This document shows, piece after piece, positions 18,001-26,105 of a stretch of DNA of 64,000 nt. Below the pieces are notes generated by a model, which was not told the origin of the DNA, did not search any database, and saw only the letters and a program-made list of their open reading frames with translations. The stretch is taken from IMG/VR virus record IMGVR_UViG_3300038549_000009, positions 259 to 64,258 of that record, one strand, 5' to 3'. Position numbers and translations under genes: made by a program. Each line of letters starts with the position of its first letter. The first letter of the stretch is position 1. Source of the stretch: a virus. Taxonomy: Duplodnaviria; Caudoviricetes.

Positions 18001-21000
18001 AGTTGCGCACGAACGCCTGCTCGCGGTCGGGGCGCAGCTCGAGCCTCGACTTCCCGCGCGAGACTACCTCGCCGAACAGGTCGATCGTTTCCTTGTCCTT
18101 GTTCACGACGCGGCGGAAGTAGCCCCGCTCGAGCCCCATCTTTTTCGCTTCCTTGCGGGTCGCGTCCATGCGCGCCTTGATCGCCACCCACACGGCGGCC
18201 TGCACCTGATGGATCGGCCAGCCGAGCCGGTTCGCGAGCATCCGCGTCTCGCCCTCGACGAACGAGTATTGCGTCTGCGAAATCTTCCCGTCCTTGTCGC
18301 CGTAGCCGAAGGCGTGCGCCATCCACATATCAATCGTCCCGCCCTGCGTGTGCGCGCCGTAGTTGAGCTTGTCGATCTCGATCATGAGGTTGACGAACAG
18401 GTTGTTCCGCTTCCGCCCGCCGACGATCTCGCCTTTCTTGTTCATCCGGTCGAGCCCAGTCATCACCATCGAGGCGCTGCGCGACATTTCCTCCGGGAAT
18501 ACTCCGGCCCTGATCGGCTGCCCTTCCTTGAACTGGTGCCACGCGGTCCACGCGTGCTTGAAGTTGAGCGGCACCGTCGTGCGCGGCGAGAAGATGGACA
18601 GGAGCTTGGCGAACTTCGTCGCCTCCGCCTGATTGCCGCCGAACAGATCGAGGATCGCGCGGCTGGACTCGTCGTGCCAATAGCGCCCGTAGGGTTCGCC
18701 TTCCAACGCAAGCGACGAGACGCGCCTGCGCAAGCTGCGTAGGTCTGTGCCCGACTTCAGCCAGTCGGGGCCGCCCGGATACGTCACGCTCGACGCGCTC
18801 AGTAGGTCCTCGGTGCCGGCCTTGTTCACCGTGTCGATGCCGCTCTTGGCGTAGTAGCCGGCGTCGATCGCGGTGAAGATGTCCTCGTAGGTCTGGAAGC
18901 CTTGACCGTTGAAGTAGTTGATGACCTTCGTGAGGATGGCCCTGATCTTCTGCCACACGCGCTCGATCGGCCCGGTCGCGGTGAGGTGCCCGTTCCGCCA
19001 GAACTGGAACGCGTAGGCGTGAGCCTCCCGCTGGCTGCCGGACGCTTCCTCTGCGAGGTTCGTGCCGTTCTCCGCGTCGTAGCGCTTCAGCACCTCGATC
19101 AGCTTGTTGAACTGCTCCGAGCCCGGCTGGAACGCGCGATTGATGACAATCTGCTCCGAGCCAGAGAGCGCGTTCAGCTCGAGATAGTGGAAGCCCTCGT
19201 GCGCGGCGGCAGACAGAATATCCTGCGCGTTGTAAGCGAGCCCGATGACGTTCTTGCCACCGGTCGCGAGCGCCTGTCCGAAGTAGCCAGCGGCGCCGTC
19301 CATGACTTGCAGCCGGACCTCGAGATTCCCCGGCGTGCCGAGGATCGTGTTGAGGTAGGCGAGCGCCGCCTTCCCGCGCGCGGTGTAGAGCGCCTGCACC
19401 ATCTGGTGCGCGTCGCGACTAACTTGGTTCGGCTCTCGCAAGATGGCATCGCGCATCATCACCGGCAGGAGGTCCGCCTTCTGCGGGGCGAACTTGCGCT
19501 CCGGCCGGGCGAGCCCTTCGTTCTGCTTGCCGAAGAAGAACCACGCGTTGAACCCGGTCGTCTCGGTCAGGAGCGCGGCCTTCGCCTTATCGGAGAACAT
19601 CTGCGCGTGCGCGCGAGCCGCATTGATCTCCCCGCTCGCGCCGAACTCGAAGCCAGTGCGAGCGTGCCCGAACAGATCGTGGATCGCGCGGAACTTGATG
19701 ATCGTTTCCTTCGGAATGAACGGGTGGTCCGTGAACTGATTGAACACGGCCAGATGCCGATTCTCGAACACGTCGCGGCGCATCGCGGCCGAGTCGGGAT
19801 AGTGTGTCGGGTTGTCCGTCTCCTCGATCGTGACCAGCGTCTTCGCGACCTCATACTGTGCGTTGATCTCGCGCACGTATGCCTCGTAAGCGGTGCTCAC
19901 TTCGGGATTGGTGCTGCGCGCCTCCAGCAGATCGTAGGCTTCGGCGAGCGCGCGGCCCAGCGTGGGATCGAACTTGATGTAGGGGATCACCGCGATCGGC
20001 GGCAGCCCCACGCTGCGGTTGTATTCCTGCGCGGCGTCGAAGATCGGGTGCGAGACCGGTATCTCGAGCCCAGTCCGCAGGTCCGTGATCGCGATCTGCC
20101 CAGTGGCGCGCGCAAGCTGGAGCGCCTGCACCAGAGTGTGCACCACGGTGCCCACGCTCAACACCGACTCGCCATCGTTGCGGTCGAACCAAGTGTGCAG
20201 CACGTTAGAAGGGTTCGAGAGCGAGGTTCCGTTCAGCGCCACGAATGACTTGATATCCTCCGGCGAGACGATGCCGTCCTTCAAGTCCCGGCGCGGGATC
20301 AGCGGGAGCCCGACAACGTAGCCAGTCGTGCCGCGCAGGTCTTGCCCGGTGACGAGGTTTGTCGTCGACCACTTCGTCGCCTTATGTGCGTCGAGCGCGG
20401 CGGCCGAATTCTGCTGCAACGTCTCCGTGGTGGGCGCCGGTGCCACGCGGGTCCGGACGAATATCCGGAGCTGCCCCCTCGGATACAATACCGCCTCGTA
20501 ACCGTCGGCCACGAGTCCCTTCTGGAAAAACGCAGCCGCGATGCTGATATCCGGGCCGTAGCGATACTTGATCTCCTCCATCGCCTTGAGAAAGCGCGGG
20601 TCCGTGAGGAGATACGAAACCCTGTAGACTTTCGACGCGTCGAGCGTGCCGACATACTTCTGCCCCGCCTGAACCTCCGGCTCGCGGTAGTCTGTGCCTT
20701 CCACGACGGCGGAAGTGTAGAAGCTACCGAACTCGGTGTTCACCGCTTGGTCGCGGCCCTTGACGCCACGGCCCATCATCTTCGGGTCGAGTTCAGACAA
20801 TCCGGGCCTACCCCAGTGATTGAACGTGATGGTGTGACTCGGGGTGAGCGCGTCCTTCGAGAACAGCATCCGGTTCGGCCCGAGCTGCCGCTTGATCGCA
20901 TCAGCCAGTTCGGGGACGAAACGCTTGTCTGCCAGCAGCTCCCGACGCTGATCCTCCGGCAAACGCTTCACATACGCGAGCGCGGCGTTGCGCGCTTCCG

Positions 21001-22852
21001 CGCTCGTGACCGGCTGGCCCGATGAAGTCAACTGCTCGAGGACTGCGTCGATCGCTGCCGTGCGCGGACTCACCCGCGCAGACAGGAGCGACACATCACG
21101 CGGGTCTGATGCGATGGTGTTTACCACGTCGCTGACCGTGGACGCGATGTAGTCGAGGACCGTCTGCTGATCGACCTGCGGCATTGTCCCCTTGAGGGCC
21201 GCCGCTGCCTCCTGCGTCAACAACTGCTGGTTGATGGCGGTGTCAGCATTGGGCATTTGAGAACGCGCAACCGCTTCCCGCATGATCGTCTTCAGCCGAC
21301 CGGACAGCGCCTTGCCGCGTCCGGTGCGCGCCAGATTCGGGTTCGACAGGACGAGCGCTTCGACGTGCTTGTCGGCCTCGGCAACCTTCTCGTTGCGAAT
21401 GTCCTCTATTGTGATCGGCGTGATCGGCTTCACGCGCTCGCGCGGCGCTTCGGTCACCACCTCCAGCGGGCGCGGCTGGAGCGCGGGCGCGGCTTTCGCC
21501 TGTTCGGTCGTCAACAGCAGGCCGGCCTTGCGCCGGATCGCGGCTATCTCGCCGAAGTTCTCGTTCCGGATCGCCGTTAGGATGTCGGCCTCCGGGATGT
21601 TCGCGCGTGCCAGCGCCTCGAACTCGTAGGGCGAGAAGACCGGCACGGCCGGGTTCTGCGGGATGACGCGCCCTTCGGCATCCAACTCGACGGGGGCCGC
21701 ATACGTCCGGGCCTTGGCCACCGGGGGGACCCCCTCCCCGATCCTGCGCTCGGGCGCGGGCGGGGGAGCGGGCGGAAGCGGGGCCCGTCCATAAATTGAC
21801 AGGAACGTCCCCTCCTGCACTGGTTCCTCCTCGGGCCTGACGGTATAGGCGCCGGGCTTTCCCGGAAACGCCACGGGAGGCAGCGTGGGGCGCTCCGTGA
21901 GGGGCTGGAAGGGCACCTCGACGCCGGGGGCAGCCTCCGGGCCTCCGGGAGGTGCCGGGGGCGCTGGCGGGGCTGCTGGAGGCGCCGGCTGGGCCGGGGC
22001 TGCGGCTTGAGCCGGTGCCTCCGGGGCCGTGCGCGGCCGGAAGGCGGCGGCACCACCCAGCGCGCCGAAGGTCGGGATCGCGCCGAGGGTAGTTGTAATC
22101 ATGGTGTCCCGGAGCTGCTTCGTCTCCGGGATGTTGCCGGTAGCGAACATGCCCTTCACGGCGTCTTGCGCGGACTCCGTGGCGCCTTCAACCAGCGGGG
22201 AACCGATCAGCGCAGCCGCCAGCCGGAACGGCAGCGGCCCGACTTTCTTGCCGAGCAGTAACGCGGCCGGGATCAGCAGGGAGGCGAAGTCAAGCGCGCC
22301 CGAGATTGCGCCGCCGGCGATCGCCCGCGATTCGGCGTTCGTCGCGCCGGCCTCTCGGGCCATCTGATACGTCTCACCGATCTCGTTCGTGAAGCTCGTA
22401 GCCGCCGCGCCGCCTACCATGCCGGGGAGGAACCGGCCCCCGACGAGCTTCGAGGCCGTGCCGAGAATCGTGCCGGTGCCGAGAGACGCGGCCAAGCTGG
22501 CAAGCAGGTTGCCGGAGCTGTAGCCGGTGATGTCGATGAATTTCTTGGGGTCTTGTAGCGCCTCGTCGACCGAGAACGGCTGCGGGAACTGGCGCTGTTC
22601 GACCTCAGCCTTCTCCCGCACACCGGCGCCGAAGCCGCCGAGAGCCGGAGCGCCCGCCCGTGCTGCGGCCAGTTCGAGCGCGCTACCGGCGGCAGCAGTC
22701 AAGCCAGTGCGGCCTGCGCCGAAGCCAGATGCGATTACGCCGGGTTGTGGGGCCGGACCGGGGCTGAGCACGAAACCGGGCGGCGCGTAGACCGACTCGG
22801 TATCAGTTGTTGGCTCGCCAGCTTCGGGCGGGACCAGAAGTTCATCTGCCAT
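15047..22852 (-). CDS. giant ejected polyvalent virion protein (2601 aa; PLxRFG-like C-terminal region)
   Basis: follows other ejection genes; YIPERRYG, E..NR.ATFIAAY, HEGFH, HDLFGH and HhH-glycosylase-like motifs. Confidence 0.8.
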   Translation of the reverse strand: MADELLVPPEAGEPTTDTESVYAPPGFVLSPGPAPQPGVIASGFGAGRTGLTAAAGSALELAAARAGAPALGGFGAGVREKAEVEQRQFPQPFSVDEALQDPKKFIDITGYSSGNLLASLAASLGTGTILGTASKLVGGRFLPGMVGGAAATSFTNEIGETYQMAREAGATNAESRAIAGGAISGALDFASLLIPAALLLGKKVGPLPFRLAAALIGSPLVEGATESAQDAVKGMFATGNIPETKQLRDTMITTTLGAIPTFGALGGAAAFRPRTAPEAPAQAAAPAQPAPPAAPPAPPAPPGGPEAAPGVEVPFQPLTERPTLPPVAFPGKPGAYTVRPEEEPVQEGTFLSIYGRAPLPPAPPPAPERRIGEGVPPVAKARTYAAPVELDAEGRVIPQNPAVPVFSPYEFEALARANIPEADILTAIRNENFGEIAAIRRKAGLLLTTEQAKAAPALQPRPLEVVTEAPRERVKPITPITIEDIRNEKVAEADKHVEALVLSNPNLARTGRGKALSGRLKTIMREAVARSQMPNADTAINQQLLTQEAAAALKGTMPQVDQQTVLDYIASTVSDVVNTIASDPRDVSLLSARVSPRTAAIDAVLEQLTSSGQPVTSAEARNAALAYVKRLPEDQRRELLADKRFVPELADAIKRQLGPNRMLFSKDALTPSHTITFNHWGRPGLSELDPKMMGRGVKGRDQAVNTEFGSFYTSAVVEGTDYREPEVQAGQKYVGTLDASKVYRVSYLLTDPRFLKAMEEIKYRYGPDISIAAAFFQKGLVADGYEAVLYPRGQLRIFVRTRVAPAPTTETLQQNSAAALDAHKATKWSTTNLVTGQDLRGTTGYVVGLPLIPRRDLKDGIVSPEDIKSFVALNGTSLSNPSNVLHTWFDRNDGESVLSVGTVVHTLVQALQLARATGQIAITDLRTGLEIPVSHPIFDAAQEYNRSVGLPPIAVIPYIKFDPTLGRALAEAYDLLEARSTNPEVSTAYEAYVREINAQYEVAKTLVTIEETDNPTHYPDSAAMRRDVFENRHLAVFNQFTDHPFIPKETIIKFRAIHDLFGHARTGFEFGASGEINAARAHAQMFSDKAKAALLTETTGFNAWFFFGKQNEGLARPERKFAPQKADLLPVMMRDAILREPNQVSRDAHQMVQALYTARGKAALAYLNTILGTPGNLEVRLQVMDGAAGYFGQALATGGKNVIGLAYNAQDILSAAAHEGFHYLELNALSGSEQIVINRAFQPGSEQFNKLIEVLKRYDAENGTNLAEEASGSQREAHAYAFQFWRNGHLTATGPIERVWQKIRAILTKVINYFNGQGFQTYEDIFTAIDAGYYAKSGIDTVNKAGTEDLLSASSVTYPGGPDWLKSGTDLRSLRRRVSSLALEGEPYGRYWHDESSRAILDLFGGNQAEATKFAKLLSIFSPRTTVPLNFKHAWTAWHQFKEGQPIRAGVFPEEMSRSASMVMTGLDRMNKKGEIVGGRKRNNLFVNLMIEIDKLNYGAHTQGGTIDMWMAHAFGYGDKDGKISQTQYSFVEGETRMLANRLGWPIHQVQAAVWVAIKARMDATRKEAKKMGLERGYFRRVVNKDKETIDLFGEVVSRGKSRLELRPDREQAFVRNWIDIALKAPVGPENFRKAGYNFKNAIDDLRVTQNQGTMFSRAALDATLPLPQDGMTMLDSDGFELYYSKAALENMDDQYTKGSAQHTQMLHRVSAAVDEAGAPKQTWDQIFKHAGDSSTGSTMRWVEKNLMSLLKISERSKGVANVSNVLFAHSDRKKRLIADSVEKNLSEWLPLTTTTADRDAVSNALMQRTVGNHAVGTPEYNRLRALLTERQRRMFDQAGEMVNKMLREEFTADQTVYRQALGADSAAYKTWEATRRAQIEELVRTGYIPERRYGDFVTHGYIKTEQGPVTVFYTQFQTQKQAQDALDHLQKAVGPKFPEITFEWNTRDKVEYDGGISYLDFLDTANRLGIKLTQTEKERLAKFTIEADSTRRNRIFRRLNVPGFSTDGERILAEFAVGISNKVAHTEFSAALADALQGYKVRVGQDANGRPTFETDRARNEWNGDGPLAGHYRSLAEQRVSYVMNPAHDKSNWSSKLRSLASLHFLGGSFAAMGVQLSQLPLGTVPYLSQYAGIGQAYARTFGGLKTAASNYNTLTSLPKLEDKQGNSIPDVDSVPGLRDALIMAARDGTILDTELFQIMGMARGSIYSRSKRVQNAIKVWMAPFRAGEHLNRLATFIAAYKTGQELAKAGKLPTPTVYEFAKDVVYKTQFRYDEANRPGLAHSDLGSLLFVFKSFPIYMVEMITGLYKQSPRAASFALLSLWLAAGTEGLPFMSNILDIIDVISQRLFGSPFNTRRAMRNALKDASESVVGSDLSGLLMTGAVNTLTGMQFSSRVGLGDIIPGTRLGAADATYDRVLSDVLGPVGAMVEGALKGGRSLTQGEYNRAANEALPVAARNMVKGYNYWTTGVATDPAGRKITDVGHMESFWQSLGFSSAAMAEIYAHDRIVKQDVAFYNQVRQQIYDNIVRGIRDGKDQDVKDAFAAAQGWNEQYPDTPLMLDARSIRRSIALAGLPLNQRTLLLLPRALRSGARDELLGPT

Positions 22853-24291
22853 TATTTCGTCGTCAGCGGTTGCAGCTTGAGGTCCTTGTCAACTCTGTAT
22901 TGCAGCCCCGTGTTGGGGTCTGTGTAAACCTGCCCCGGCGTCATCGGCTGCCGAACGGGAAGCTGCCGCGCTTCGCCGCCCCGCACCTGAATGACTTCCG
23001 AAGGCTGTCCGGGAATGATCGACGGAGTGACCGCCGTCGTCGGGCGCTCGGGTGTGCCACCACCAAGCAGGACCGCCGCGCTTGTCGCGTCGATTTTCTT
23101 GCTCTTGAGTAGCGAATCAATGAGCGCATTCCGGCGAGTGATCGCGGTCGTCTCCGCCGCCGCCTTTGCAGCAGCCGGGGCGCCCTTGAGCAGTTCTGTG
23201 AGAGCCTTCGCTTGAGCCGCCTTGGTCCCTTCACCGGCGATGATCGTCGCTTGCAGGTTTGCGAGGTTCGTCTCGGCGGCCCGACGAGCGACGCGGGTTC
23301 GCGCGGTGAGAACAGCCTGCTGCGCATCGAACAGTTTCTCCGCCGTATCCACCTGTTGTAGCTGCTCTGGTGTGGTGGCGATGGCGCGGGCAGTCCCGAA
23401 CTCGCGGTCCCGTAGAGCCGCCGACAGCGCTTGAGCCTTCTCCGTCGCAGTCACACCGGGGACTGTGCTGACTGTCCCACGAGAAGTTTCGGGTGTGATC
23501 TCACGCATAGTGCCGCCGCGCTCGATCGCGTCGATCATGTCCTGCCGGACGTTCGTGTAGCTGGTGCTGCCGTCCGGATTGGTGATCGCCACGACGGGCT
23601 CCGGTTGTGGTGCGGGCGCGGGCGTCGGCACAGCCGCCGGAGCAGCCGCCGGAGCGGTAGGAGCCGGGGCACGCGACGGAGGCGTTGCGGACGGGCGGGC
23701 GCCAAACGCGAACGGAGAGCCCTCGAACGCGCTCACATTCATGCGTTCCGCAGCCTCGATGGTCGACTGTGGAAGACCGCCAAGAAACTCAGGAGCATTC
23801 CTCGCATACAGCTCCGCGAGACCGCGCCCGATAAATTCGAGCGGATTGGACGCGATCAGAGACACAGTCTCGGGATTGCGCTCGCCCGCTAGAGCCGCAC
23901 CGACTGCGGCGCCGCCTCCAACAGCAAGGGGGGCCAGAGCGGCGGACCCGGCACCGGCGCGCACTACCGCGCCAGTAGCGCCGGGAACCGACCGCGCGCG
24001 AGTCAACGCATCGAGAAAGCTCCGGGAAGCAGCCGCCGCACCGGGAGCAGCCGGAGCTGCACCGGCGGCAGCGCGGGCAGCAGCAAGACCGGGACCGGGG
24101 CGGTAGAACTGCGACCCGCGAAAGTTCACGCCGCTCGGAGCGCCGGGGCCGGCAGCGGAAAGGCCGGGCGTAGCGCCTGCGGCCGGGGCCGCGCCGGGGG
24201 CAGCCGGAGTCGCGCCGAGGCGGTTAAGCGGATCGCCGCCCGGCTGGAGCAGCGGCTCGAGAGAGCTGAGGAGATACGGGTCAAGGGCCAT
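22852..24291 (-). CDS. internal virion/ejection protein
   Basis: Ala/Pro-rich, helical; immediately upstream of giant protein. Confidence 0.6.
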   Translation of the reverse strand: MALDPYLLSSLEPLLQPGGDPLNRLGATPAAPGAAPAAGATPGLSAAGPGAPSGVNFRGSQFYRPGPGLAAARAAAGAAPAAPGAAAASRSFLDALTRARSVPGATGAVVRAGAGSAALAPLAVGGGAAVGAALAGERNPETVSLIASNPLEFIGRGLAELYARNAPEFLGGLPQSTIEAAERMNVSAFEGSPFAFGARPSATPPSRAPAPTAPAAAPAAVPTPAPAPQPEPVVAITNPDGSTSYTNVRQDMIDAIERGGTMREITPETSRGTVSTVPGVTATEKAQALSAALRDREFGTARAIATTPEQLQQVDTAEKLFDAQQAVLTARTRVARRAAETNLANLQATIIAGEGTKAAQAKALTELLKGAPAAAKAAAETTAITRRNALIDSLLKSKKIDATSAAVLLGGGTPERPTTAVTPSIIPGQPSEVIQVRGGEARQLPVRQPMTPGQVYTDPNTGLQYRVDKDLKLQPLTTK

Positions 24292-24300
24292 GTGTGCGCC

Positions 24301-25278
24301 TTACTGTTGAGTGTTGTTGCTGAGCTGCGCGAGCGAGTTCTGCGCAGCGGTTGCGGCCGACGCGATCGACGCGATCGCCGCTGCCGACTTGATCGCGGCA
24401 TCCACGCGCGCCTTCGTGTTCTCGTTCGTGAGCGAGACGAAGTTCTTCTGCTGGTCGAGGAACGCGATCCCGTTGTGCTTGCCCCAGTCGAGCAGCAGCG
24501 CCTCGCCGGCGATCAGCGCCCGGTAGTAATCCGAGGACGAGTCGTAGAGCTTGAGCCGCGCCTGACTGATGGCGGTGCCGTAGTCCACGGACTCTTTGAC
24601 GATCCCGAGCCAAGCGCGGAGGTAGTTGACCGTCGCGTCGATGGCGCCGAGCCGCAGCCGGATGCCCTGCTCCACGGCGAAGCGGATGTTCGCGATCTCG
24701 ATCTCGACCTGCTTGATCGCGACCTCGCGAGAGTGCGTCGAGACCTTCTGGCTCAGCGCGTCCTGTATGCGCGCCGTCGCGTTAAACAGCGCACCGGAGG
24801 GCAGCGAGAATCCGCGCCCAGCGAATTGTTCGACGACCTCGTCCGTCTGCCGCTGCGCGTCAAGCGCCTCGCGGGCGCGCGAGCGCTCCCATATCTGGTC
24901 CTCGACGGCCGCCGGGATGCCGGTGCCACCGTTCAGGATCGTGTTGCATATCCAGTTGTCGATCGTGTTCGGCAGGCAGTCGTCGATCTCGGGGAAGAAC
25001 CGCTCGACCAGCGCCGTCAGGCGCGCATCGAACTCGGGCCCGAGCTGATCGAACAGCTCGTTGAAGTTCGACTTGAACTCCACGCTGGCGTCACCGCTGG
25101 GCGGGATCGGCGGCGCTGATACGTTGGGCTCGGCCGGCTGAGGTGGATCGCTGAGGGTCGTGACGACGAGCCCGGCGACCTGCGCCTGCTCGGCCAGATC
25201 GACCGCCGCATCGCCGTAAGTCTGCGCGAACTCGCGGGCCTCGGCTATGATTTCTTCGATGGTAGATTCTGCGCTCAC
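24301..25278 (-). CDS. internal virion/ejection protein
   Basis: GTGIP..VE.QIWER.R, RGF.LP.GA motifs; helical. Confidence 0.6.
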   Translation of the reverse strand: MSAESTIEEIIAEAREFAQTYGDAAVDLAEQAQVAGLVVTTLSDPPQPAEPNVSAPPIPPSGDASVEFKSNFNELFDQLGPEFDARLTALVERFFPEIDDCLPNTIDNWICNTILNGGTGIPAAVEDQIWERSRAREALDAQRQTDEVVEQFAGRGFSLPSGALFNATARIQDALSQKVSTHSREVAIKQVEIEIANIRFAVEQGIRLRLGAIDATVNYLRAWLGIVKESVDYGTAISQARLKLYDSSSDYYRALIAGEALLLDWGKHNGIAFLDQQKNFVSLTNENTKARVDAAIKSAAAIASIASAATAAQNSLAQLSNNTQQ

Positions 25279-26105
25279 GGCACTCTCCGTCCCAGCACGA
25301 TCGGGAAAAACTCAATCTGGTCAAGCTCGAAGTCCGCCCCGTCGACGCCGATCAGGTCGTAACCCCAATACCGCGATTTTACACCCCGGCCGAGGGTTTC
25401 GCCAGCGCCGGCCAGAGACTCGGCCCGCTTCCGGAACAGATACACCCGCTGCGCGCCGCCGTCGGTGAGGACGCGGATGTAGATCGCGCCGGCGTTTCGG
25501 ATGCCCATGTAGACCCGTGGGACGCGCTTGAAGAACGCGGTCCCGTTGTCGGTCTGCGGCAGCGCCATGAACCACTCGATCTCCTCGCCCGCGTCCGAGT
25601 CCCCGTCGAGCTGGTAGATGCCGTCCTCCCGCGCGCCGTAGTAACGCGAGCCGATCCTACACATCGAGTTGAAGTTGAAGTGGTCGTATTGCCCGTGCGC
25701 AAACGTGTCTGCGTTAGCCACCCAGCAAGTGAACTCCTCGCCGCCGATGAACAGGACGATCGTGAATGCGAGCCCGTCGGAAATCGTCGCGGCGAAAGCC
25801 GCAGAACCGACCAAGTCCTCCGCGACCGTCGCGCCGTCCGCCACTGTCTCGGTGACCTGTTTAAACGCGTCGGCCGACTTGCTGAACTCCGTCGCCTCCA
25901 CCTCGACAATAGCGAAAATGAGCGAGTCCTGTAGCGACTCGTCGAACGTGAGATCATCCAGTGCTTCGGCCGGGTAAGCCGCGCCGCCCTCGAGGATGTC
26001 GTCGAAGGTCATGTCATCGACGAGCGTATCCGTAGAGATCACGTTGGCGGGGACTGACTCGTTGCCCGAAAACTGATCGTTGACAGCTACAGGAAATACG
26101 GCCAT
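25275..26105 (-). CDS. tail structural protein
   Basis: Y..FNFNS, DGIY.L.G..D, GRG..SRYW motifs. Confidence 0.6.
   Translation of the reverse strand: MAVFPVAVNDQFSGNESVPANVISTDTLVDDMTFDDILEGGAAYPAEALDDLTFDESLQDSLIFAIVEVEATEFSKSADAFKQVTETVADGATVAEDLVGSAAFAATISDGLAFTIVLFIGGEEFTCWVANADTFAHGQYDHFNFNSMCRIGSRYYGAREDGIYQLDGDSDAGEEIEWFMALPQTDNGTAFFKRVPRVYMGIRNAGAIYIRVLTDGGAQRVYLFRKRAESLAGAGETLGRGVKSRYWGYDLIGVDGADFELDQIEFFPIVLGRRVP

Noticed and set aside
11424-20248. Long + strand ORFs (11424-12962, 13047-14324, 17066-18742, 18902-20248)
   Set aside because: Antisense shadows of high-GC - strand genes; Arg-rich, no recognisable motifs
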